From Spongospora subterranea f. sp. subterranea (Eukaryota), in NCBI GenBank assembly GCA_049724395.1, contig JAUGWO010000008.1:120870-140869 (forward strand): 20,000 bases of DNA, read 5' to 3'. Position 1 is the first letter of the stretch. Every line of letters starts with the position of its first letter. Under the pieces are notes generated by a model. That model did not search any database. It was given only the letters and a program-made list of their open reading frames with translations, and had not been told where the DNA came from. Positions 10,210 to 20,000 of the stretch are shown one piece after another. Made by a program: the position numbers and the translations under genes.

Positions 10210-10680
10210 AAACCATATCAAGCTGAGATATATAATTTTTGCTTGGCGGCCGAAGGCACTAGAAAAAGCCCCGGTATGAACACTGGAAGAACGGAATGTC
10301 GGGACCAAAAACATTGACAAAGAAGTCGCGCTTCATATTCCTGGGCTTTCTTCCGATCGCAAAACCTAAACCTTCAGATAGAGCACAAGAGGTGACCTCA
10401 GCGAGCATTGTATCAAATAATCGGAAACGATGCTTGAAAATATCAGGGCCAAAGATAGCTGGCAAGGTCCCAACTCACTAAACACGAGATGAGTTTAAAA
10501 CAGGATATGATAAGAACGTACCCCAAAATCGTTTCGACAGCTTCGAACCTACAGTCATCGACGGCAGAGGTGGCATCGGCTTCAGAAATGTCATCAATGT
10601 CACTAAAAACGATTAGCTCATTGTTGCGACGAGACTATGGGCCAGCTGGAAGTTTTGACGGGATGTTGTTGTGAACTTGA
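10210..10680 (-). pseudogene. Decayed ORF, possibly a FAR1/WRKY-GCM1-like DNA-binding region of a Mutator-like transposase
   Basis: HRFRLFDTMLAEVTSCALSEGLGFAIGRK...YRGFF*CLR loosely resembles the FAR1 pattern 'F...e......yA...GF.i....r..f.C.r'. It has in-frame stops and an intron-like GTACGT...TTTAG segment. The match is by eye only. Confidence 0.3.
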
Positions 10681-10711
10681 AGAGATGATGTTTCTTATCT
10701 AAACAGGTTGA

Positions 10712-11071
10712 CAGCATACCTCGTTGATATGTTGAATCTCTAATGGATAACAGCGAACATGTTCCCATCTTCGATTCCTTATCAGGTCGTTATATTCCAT
10801 AAGCATAACAAAATCTTGAATATGCGATTCCAGTTGTAGTACGGAATCTGGTTAGAGCGCCAGAATGTTCAAAAATGCAGAGATTCACTCAACTGATGAC
10901 GGTCAGACGGAGATGCAGATTCAGGATGTAATTATAGAGATAGAGAGAAAATATGCAATAGAGGACATCAAGATTTTTTACAGCGACCTGATGGGGAATC
11001 GGAGATGGGAACATGTTCGCTGTTATCCATTAGAGAAGAGTTAAATATTCAACATATCAACGAATACGCTG
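10712..11071. repeat. Inverted repeat (arms 10712-10794 and 10979-11071, ~185 bp spacer); MITE-like or two TIRs back to back
   Basis: cgttgatatgttgaat...ctctaatggataacagcgaacatgttcccatct.cgattcc..atcaggtcg has its reverse complement at 10979-11071, with a ~11-12 nt indel and a few mismatches. The spacer is non-coding. Confidence 0.9.
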
Positions 11072-11625
11072 AAAGACTTAATCAAAAATGATTCCGTTTA
11101 ATAAAAAATTGACCCGGAACTGCATGATCCATTGAATTTGTTCGCGATTGTGAAAGGAGATACTTTGCTGTAAGGTTTGATGACACTGAAACTTCCAAAA
11201 CCACACTGACCGTGGCGACCATACAACGGAACGCGTTGCTTGTAAAGACGAATTCATGCTGTCATGCAGGTGTGACGATTATTCCAACGTTGACAATCGC
11301 AAGCATTGAAAAAATATTGTCGCATTTTTCGGCGTTTGAGATCCAGCTAAAAACGATTCTTATACCAGCCTAATGCGCATTCTGTATCAGCTGAACAAGT
11401 ACACATTTGGTTCTTTTGAGCAAGCGTTCAACGAAATCAACCACAAAAAGTGGCTACGACCATAGCAATGCGCGGTATCGACTACCGTGAATTTTCTGCA
11501 ACGTTGGAAGAGCCACTTCCTGGTTACTACAAGAAATCGTTGAACTTATCCTTCAACAAACTCGCAATAAGCAACGAACTCTTGACACGCAATCTATATG
11601 CACAAGTTACAACTGAACTTGGATA

Positions 11626-13501
11626 TCAATGAATATTAATTTCAATGCGGCATTTTAATCCGCCCCTTGGGTCTGATTCCTTTGGACGTAACCGGTCCGG
11701 ACGTTTTCAGCATATCTGTAAATTTGTCTTGTCGGATGAGACCTGGAGAGTATTAGCGAAGAGTGTTCCTTTAGATTGCCCATTATAAAGCTTCCTTCCT
11801 TGACTGTTGCTTGTGGACTGCATCGCTATTGAACTCACATTTTCAGAATCCATAGAAAGCCTTGTCCGTTTTTCAGGGCGATCTAGAGAGGGATCTTCCA
11901 CATCCTAAAGGCAGTGTGAGCTAAGGAGCTACAACATGTAGTTCAATAGTTACTTCGTCAATGGGCTTGATGGACTTTTTGACTTGTTTTTTCTTCGGAA
12001 CAGCACGGCCTCTTCTTCCGACATTTTGTTGAAAATCGCTATCAGCAGCAGAGTCGTGATCGTCGACGTCGTCATCATTAATTCGAGATAAATAACGCCT
12101 TCTGGGTTGTAAACCAGATTTTCTCCTGCTGACAATACGGTCGCAGGACTCTATAGCTGTCTCCACTTCTTTGATGGTTTGACCAACAGATTCAAGATGG
12201 GTCGCTTTCATCGTCTTGATTCGTTCCTAGAGGGCTCAAATAAATATACAGGTTATATGCCCCTATAAACAAAACCTTTAAGTCGACGTTTTCAGCAGCT
12301 ACGTTCTTCAGGGAGTCCAGCTCTTCTTTTAACAGCAAGTTTTCCTCAGAGACAGATTTTAAACGTCTCTTCAATTCAGTCGTCTGGTGAAATTCCTCAG
12401 TTGGTACAAGCTACCCAGCCGATTCTATAACGTACGGCAGATTTGTCTTTTGATTTGTGTTGGTTTTCTACTTTCTCAATTACGGCCTCTAGCTTAAGAA
12501 TCTAAATCAAAATGAGCAGATGATTACATATAGAAAAAAAAATTACAGCATTGCTTCGTTCAACATCAATCTGCTGTGCCTCAATTATCCCATCCCTTGC
12601 GGCTTTGAGCATTGTCTTAAGCTGCAGGACAATCTAATCAACATGCACGAAATGATTACTAAATCAAATGTACCTTGGCTTTTTCATTATCCCCTTTTAT
12701 CAGCTCCTTCTCAAGCTAGAGCCCACGATAAAATAAGCCAAGATAGAACAAAAACAAGCAATTACTAATTGAACCTGGTTTTTTTGGGAAAACATGTGAT
12801 CATACTTTCCCTGGACCTTCAAATTTTGAAGAATAAGTAAAAGATCTACATCATCATGATTTGCTAACCTCTTCCAGTTTCTGCATAGCTTGATTATAAT
12901 CGTCACGAACGCTATCAATATTTCGATTACCTGCAGCCAATGCTTCCACATGATCGGTTTCAAGTTCGGCAAGCTGTTCAGCGGCAGTTGCAAGACTTTT
13001 TGCTTGATCTCGAACAAGTTCCAGAAGTTGTACTCGTTCCATTTCGGTAACTCGTAGCATTTTCTGTAGAAGCTATATTGTTCAAATGTGACAGAACATT
13101 ACCGATTAAGTTCAAGCAAACCTTGAGAATCTCCGCATTGGAAAAATTGATATCTGCATCGAAGCTGCTAATATCTTCCACCATTGATGTATATAAGCGT
13201 TCTGTATCAGAACGTGCAATTTTCACGATAAGTTTTTGATTATTATGTAGAAGAAACGCCTGATAGCATTCTTGTGCCCGAGAAGTAGCGATGCTCTGAA
13301 TCTGAGCTGTTTTCAGTGCGCTGTTTTCTTTCCATAATTGCTGATTCACCGACTGCTGTTGGACCAGCTCGTCCTGTAACAGGATCAGTTTAGCCTGTTA
13401 ACACGTTTATAGCCGATCGACCCCAAGAACTCGACAATGTGAACCTGTATGGTCGCAAGATCTTGCGTTGCCGCTAAGGGTTCCGTGATTGTAGCCGTCA
13501 T
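11626..13501 (-). CDS. Multi-exon coiled-coil protein with a basic, low-complexity C-terminal tail (hypothetical); 3' end uncertain
   Basis: ATG at 13501. A chain of phase-0 GT-AG exons gives MTATITEPLAATQDLATIQ|AKLILLQDELVQQQ...AEILK|LLQKMLRVTEMERVQLLEL...QKLEE|VQGKYDHMFSQKNQ|LEKELIKGDNEKAK|LKTMLKAARDG...|ILKLEAVIEKVE...|TTELKRRLKSVSEENLLLKEELDSLK...|ERIKTMK...PKKKQVKKSIKPIDE|DVEDPSLDRPEKRTRL... without stops. The sequence is rich in heptad L/E/K/Q. Confidence 0.75.
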
Positions 13502-14526
13502 GAACTACACCACCGCCAACGACGTCCCTCTTTTTCTCTTTGGAATGGACGAATGAGGGTAATGAAATAATCAGTCACACACTGAAGTACCCCCACCTGT
13601 CGCGACACGTGTCGTTGGAGGCTGCAGTCCCCAAAGCCCCGTGCCGTGAGGTGCGACCATTGTTGAAACAAAAAATCAACTGATCTTCTGGGCAGGCAGA
13701 TACTGTCGACGACAACCGTAATCTAGCGTTGGAGTTGGATCATTATACGTGCTGATTGTTCATCCATTTGCTCTCATGATGTTTTCTTTGTCTACCTGCT
13801 TGCGCTTTAATCATTGCTTTTCCTTTCGGTATGGTCGTTTTGCTGAACATTCATTTACTGTCATAGAGCGGCAATAAGTTCATTTTGTTCACTTCATGAG
13901 TTTAATGTGCTATCCTAATAAAACGCCGAAAACACAAGCTTTTTAGGCCGTCTGCATCAAGAACTATGTCTTTTCATTTGCTCCATGTCCTCAACCATGA
14001 CATGTTTCGAACGCTATCACACGATAACCATGGTTCAGCAAGGGCGATTAAAACTCGATGCCGAGAAGAACCTTTCTGAGCATGACCAAATTTTGCCACA
14101 GGCCGCGCTAAAACTGGACCACCGTCAAAACAAAGCACCCAAGGACTCGCGCTTTTCCATCGGGCTTAATGGAACAATTGGAATAGACCCTTTGGAGGCG
14201 ATGAATTGAACCATACCGCCACCAATTGTACTGATTATCACAGTGATAACCATTACCAAAAACCAACTAAGATCATGGAACGATAAGGCACCCAATTCAC
14301 CGCCCTAAACCAACGTACACTGTTCTATCTTACTCAATTGAATTTGCCGACCCAAAATGGAAACCGGACACAGGGTTCATTGCGTATCTTACAGCTGTGC
14401 CAGTCCGTGTGAAATAGTTAAAAATCGTTGAAACTGGAACGATATGTTTTACTTCTGACACGATAGAACGTGGCGGCAACAACATAACTGCCCCAGAAAT
14501 TTAAACATAAACGTGAATATGTAAGC

Positions 14527-15369
<843 letters not shown>

Positions 15370-16295
15370 TCATAATGAAAGCCCGATGTCGGTTTTTGCG
15401 CTAAACATACTGTTCAACTTCAACGCATCAACACTCCGCAGCGACCCGCGGCATAAAACCAAACCGATTTAGATTTGTGCATTCAATTCTTTCAGGTTAC
15501 AGAAATCGAACATCTTGAAGATACATGTTCTCCTCACCGACGCAAACGTTTCCCGATACATCACCTTCTTTCTGCAGATCATCACCGGAAATTATATGAA
15601 GCGTGAGAGCATGAGGGTCATTCTGAATGATATTACTAAAACTGTGAACTATTTACAAATTAAAAACACTATTGTTTTCTTCAAAAGCAAGTTATCCGGC
15701 GAGCATTTCTAACGGTCATTTCTCTGCCCATCACGTTATGGTGATTGCAAAAATCACTTACACCGCTAATGACGGAGTTGTCGTCACAGACATCGTAACC
15801 GTTATCAACGCATGGCAGCGGGAATTGCCAGAACAGCATGCACCATGCAACCGGCTACTTGACACTTGATGCATATAATTTTCCGTGCCATATGTTACAC
15901 TGATTGATAGTTCTGAGTGTAGTTTTCATCATCATTGACCCAATACAGTCGAAATGCTGTTACCAGCCAAGTCTCATAATGTGGCCCACGATTTCATGAT
16001 TCAAATTCATATTACTGTTGTCATTATTGCATTAGAGTGTGTCCAAAGTGAATGACGAGCTTGGTCGCAGCGCAAGCACGGACGGTAACCTGCGATGACG
16101 CCGGGGCATCGTCACTATGGCTTTTTCGTGCAGGCTGCTCAACGTTCGCGAGGTGCGCCCCAGATTAGGAATGCTTCTAGTATGATTTTGAACAATCTCA
16201 TCACTGCAAGCAACACAGAACGTAACACAACAGTTTAGATCTGCCATGCACGAAGTCAGGAGGCGTAATGGCGATGTCGCATCACAACTCAGAAA

Positions 16296-18185
16296 TGGGT
16301 AACGAGCCATTACTTGTCAGAACAATCGCGTTGCCTAAAAAAAGAACAACCGCATATCAAGAGCCAGATGGGCAGCAGCAAAGAAGTAAGCTGCACAATG
16401 TGCCTGAGACACAAGATTTGAATCATTGCAGGTTTCCCTTTCAAACTCAACCAGCAGTCCTACGCTGGCGAATCTATCTCTATGTCGCTAACGTTATTTC
16501 AATGGAGACCGATTGCAGAAACAGTAGATGGAGTCCCCGTTATCGAGATCAGAACTTGCTCCGTTAATGATGACAAGCGCTTTATCTACATCCGTCTGGA
16601 GAGATTGTATCATGGCGAAGAGTTTTTTGCTCGATTTCAGGTAGTGTCTGCTGCATCATGTACATCAATCGGTTTGCCCTCTTGGAATTCCTGTTAAACG
16701 GTCATCAGTAACTTCAGAGTAGGATATTTGAAGGAACTGGAAAATTCCCCAGTAGACGTTTATGTTAGGGGCCCTTTGAGGTTAACCCTTAGTCGCAGTA
16801 AGACCTAATTTTGAACACATGCACATTTCCCTCACGTATCTTCGGACAGAGATAGTAAAGTATATGGACGCTGAGCAGAAAGTCTATGTGTCCGGAATTG
16901 CTAAACCAACGCCAAGATTATTCTACATTTACGTAACAATTGGCCCTCGGGAAGAACCAGTTGCGTTCCTGCCATTCTATCGAGTCAAAAGGCGACGCCG
17001 TTTTGACTCAAATGTAAAAAGGGTAAAGGCACTCTCGCCATCAAAAGAGACAGGTAAAATCGGATCATCCGCAGTTTGATCGCGACGTTTGACAATTGAT
17101 ATTGCAGTATTTGACGCGGCCTCAACAATGGTCACCTTGTTGCAAGAAGGAATAGGGAAACAAATGCGTCCGTATCACCCAACGCTCCTCGTTCAACTAT
17201 AATGTATGAATATGACCACTGTAAATAAAAAACAACAGGTGTCCTTGTCAATCAAACAAGTTTCCGACCGGTCTTCAACTGCTCAAAAGTTCCGACCTCT
17301 GAAGCCTTTTGCGATTTGCAGTCAGGGCGACGTTTTGATGGGCATCACGCTCTACAATGCAAAGTACGATACTGATCTGTGAGCGCAAATCGAACGCAAC
17401 AATAACACCGACCATTATCGGTAAAGAATGTATATCAACTGCCCAAGAATGTTAATTCTAGCATTGCGCACAACGTACAAATCGATCATTTCAAGCATTG
17501 ATTTAGGTAGTTTCTTTTCTTTTCATAGTGGCCTGCCTCCCAAAGCAATTTCCAATCCCATCCATGTTGATTGCCGAGACAGGTACACTGACGAAGCGCG
17601 ACCCCGTGCAAACCAGGTCTCTTATCCCGGCCCATCAGTTGCAACCATTGTCCAGGTCATCATGGTTTCGGATCAGGAAACAGCCGAGTACAGCGAGTTG
17701 GGTGATGCCCGACCCATTGACGACAGGATCATCGCCTCGCTGGATGCTCTGGCCAATCAATACAGACAAGGGCCTTTATCTGATTTCCAACTAACGCCAC
17801 AGTTTCGCCATCCTGTTAGAGGCAATTGCTAAAACTGGCAAGACATAGTCAGTTTGTTTTTGGTTATGGGAAGCGCTTGCTCCACACCCTTGATCAAATC
17901 AGCATTCTTATAATTTATTGTCTGACTCTGGTTAGTGTAGATTGGCAACTTCTCAAAGTCCTTATTATTGAGTCGTTTCGATTGGTGCGTCCGGATTCAC
18001 ACAAATATTTTTGCAGTCGCTGACATGATTCTGTTAAGGCCCTTCGACAGTTTCGAGAAGAGGACAACACAGAAAATCATACACCGATAATTGATGGCGT
18101 GCCGATGAATGAATTTGTTTCCAGAATAATATCCACATTAGAGCAGTTTTCAAGGTCAGATCACTATGTTATCCCGAGATTATGA
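16296..18185 (+). CDS. Multi-exon hypothetical protein (beta-strand-rich N-terminal half, KRRRR basic patch); exon model partly uncertain
   Basis: Phase-compatible introns 16386-16431, ~16798-16849, 17054-17108 and ~17191-17238 link ORF-track pieces 16482-, 16819- and 17428-. The last exon is probably 18039-18185 (ALRQFREED...VIPRL*). The acceptor after the donor at 16641 and the exons between 17815 and 18038 are unresolved. Confidence 0.55.
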
Positions 18186-18973
18186 GTTAAATCTGTATCA
18201 GCCCACCTTGGACAATTCAACGTATATCTGAACTTTTACTCAATCATGGGCGCTATTGGTCGTCTGTCGACAAGTTCATTTTTGCCTTTTCCAAGGTCGT
18301 CTTCGGAATTAAGTCAAACAAAACCCGTTTTCGCCTAGGTTCATGGTCGGGTAATGATCATGGGGGAGCTCTCTTTCGTCAAATGGCCTAACAAACCCAT
18401 CGACGAAATCGCCATGCTCGATAGGCAAAATGCGGAAACTTCCAGCCAGCTGGATGCATCTGTGGAAACAACTTCGCTTGTAATGGTGAGCTAGTAGGAA
18501 AAATTCTCATCTCAGTGAGTTGATTTACTTGTAGCCGCAGAGGATACCGTCGACGTCCAACCCACAGAGGCCGTCAACGGAATCCGACTTGGACACGACA
18601 GAAAATATCCCCCAGCACTAAATAAACTGGTATACATGTACATTGTCGACATTAGTGTGAACCAGGATCTAAACTTTTCACCAAACCTTTGAATGCTGTT
18701 CCGTTTGCGCCATCGCTCTATTCGTTCATAATGTGAGGCGAATTTCCATTTCATTCTTAACTGGAAAGTACCGACAGAAAAGGCAAGGCGCGTGTTACTC
18801 AAGTCGGCTGAGACCGTTGAGAATAATTGATTAGCCTACCGCTCAATGTCAATGTTTTTTACTACTTCTTGGATCAGAAACATTTCAATGTAAAACGAAA
18901 TTCCGCCAGATTGGGGATAACATCTCGAAACAGTTGTATTCATCAACACCAGTGTTAAAACGTCGTGGATGAA

Positions 18974-19178
18974 ATCAAGCAGGGTTCCTTAACCGTGTCG
19001 GAGTACATCGCTAAGATCCAAAACACAGCTAATAATGTTTCGATATCACCATCAACATGATCAGACCAAGCAGATTGTCGTTGATGGTGATAAAATCCGA
19101 TGCAACTCTCGAAACTTTATTAGCTGCGTTTTGAATCTTAGCGATGTACTCCGACACGGTTAAGGAACCCTGCTTGAT
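18974..19178. repeat. Fold-back hairpin in Copia gag (arms 18974-19056 and 19080-19178, ~23-nt loop)
   Basis: atcaagcagggttccttaaccgtgtcggagtacatcgctaagat.caaaac.cagctaataa.gtttcga and tatcaccatcaac are the reverse complement of 19080-19178, with 3 mismatches and a 16-nt deletion in the left arm. Confidence 0.95.
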
Positions 19179-19475
19179 AGCAAAAATTTCTTGTATGGCG
19201 GTCAACGCCCCAATTGTGGAGTTGTCGCCAAACCTTTCCTCCGAAATATTTTCCTCGAGTACAAGGAAAATGTTTTCACCCATACTTAAAAGCAGAATGG
19301 CGTGGATTTTCTCATCTAGATCGGCGGCTACACAAGCACCACATTCAATGACGTGACTAACGCCGATGGCCTTCAATCCTAGACGAAACTTTCGGGACCA
19401 TATTGCGTAGTTGTCATTGGTTAGCGTCGGAACAATGTCCTGTAGCTTCCCTAACCCTACATCTTTGGTTCCCAT
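19029..19475 (-). mobile_element. gag: Truncated Ty1/Copia retrotransposon gag
   Basis: VPTLTNDNYAIWSRKFRLGLKAIG (LxxxNYxxW motif), DEKIHAILLLSM, and IFAIKQGSLTVSEYIAKIQNAANKV...INDNLLGLIML are typical of Copia gag. There is no zinc knuckle or pol; the ORF ends in the hairpin. Confidence 0.85.
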
Positions 19476-19490
19476 AGCAGCAGATTCGAC

Positions 19491-19608
19491 TGTTAATCCG
19501 TAAAAGATGAAGAGAGAAGGAAGTGATTTATAAGTGTAGGTGAAGCGTGAGAACAGTAGAAAAATATCTGGTGGGACGTGAAGGGACGGTGATCAGGTCG
19601 ACTTAACA
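19491..19608 (-). mobile_element. Putative 5' LTR (118 bp) of the Copia element
   Basis: On the - strand it reads TGTTAA...TTAACA (TG..CA ends with a perfect 6-bp terminal inverted repeat) and contains an internal TATAAAT. It ends 15 nt before the gag ATG. The second LTR is not in the window. Confidence 0.6.
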
Positions 19609-20000
19609 GTGCTGACAGATGACATTTGTATCTGATCCATGCGCGTTTCGGGCGCAAAGCGCTGTAACGACGTTTGAACTCTCGCAAGGCGAAAACTCGA
19701 AGGCTGACGAGTCAACGAATCACAATCCGGCTACGGTTTCGGGTTTGTTGTTCCGTTTTTCAGATAAAACTGCGCCGTGTTGTGTCGTTCAGTTGCGTTA
19801 TTGTGGGTTTCATATATTTTGGGCTCCCAGTGCTAAATGAGCGTGGTTTTAAAAAAGTCCGAAGGGGGTCACCAAACTCCGAGCAAGGTTTTAGTTTGAC
19901 CCCAGGTGGTTTTTAGTTTGACAGTTTGACTGCCAAAATTGGTTAAAACATTGCTTCTCTGAATAAAGAGCGGCCTATTACGTGCAGGCCTGCAATGTTT

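Noticed and set aside
11250..11632. Coding-like fragments on the + strand (YTFGSFEQAFNE…, MRGIDYREF…)
   Set aside because: They are broken by frameshifts and stops and cannot be assigned to a family; probably a decayed repeat.
13985..14490. 74-aa + ORF and a hydrophobic minus-strand segment (WFLVMVITVIISTIGG)
   Set aside because: No convincing gene model or family match could be built on either strand.
18240..18810. Minus-strand fragments as Copia pol or a spliced gene
   Set aside because: No protease, integrase, RT or RNase H motifs, and several stops; left unassigned.

Overview
Eukaryotic genomic DNA from a compact protist- or fungus-like genome. Introns are mostly 45-65 nt GT-AG with CTRAC-type branch points; a phytomyxid/plasmodiophorid-like organism is a guess only. 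The gene-dense left part (0.9-6.9 kb) holds a B12D/NDUFA4-like small membrane protein, a 9-exon CAP-Gly + RCC1-repeat gene with an apparent 1-nt frameshift, a 3-hydroxyacyl-CoA dehydratase (HACD/PHS1/PAS2) and an intronless F-box + ankyrin gene. From 7.3 to 11.6 kb is a transposon graveyard with a decayed pogo DDE_1 transposase, a Myb/SANT-like remnant and a possible FAR1/MULE-like remnant. It contains three inverted duplications. The right part holds a multi-exon coiled-coil gene, an intronless R3H + 2H-phosphoesterase gene, a multi-exon hypothetical gene, and a truncated Ty1/Copia element (short LTR plus gag) that ends in a fourth fold-back hairpin. The most notable items are the R3H-2H fusion, the CAP-Gly-RCC1 architecture, the F-box-ANK gene and the recurrent fold-back palindromes at TE remnants. 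All exon models were spliced by hand, and no database searches were run.
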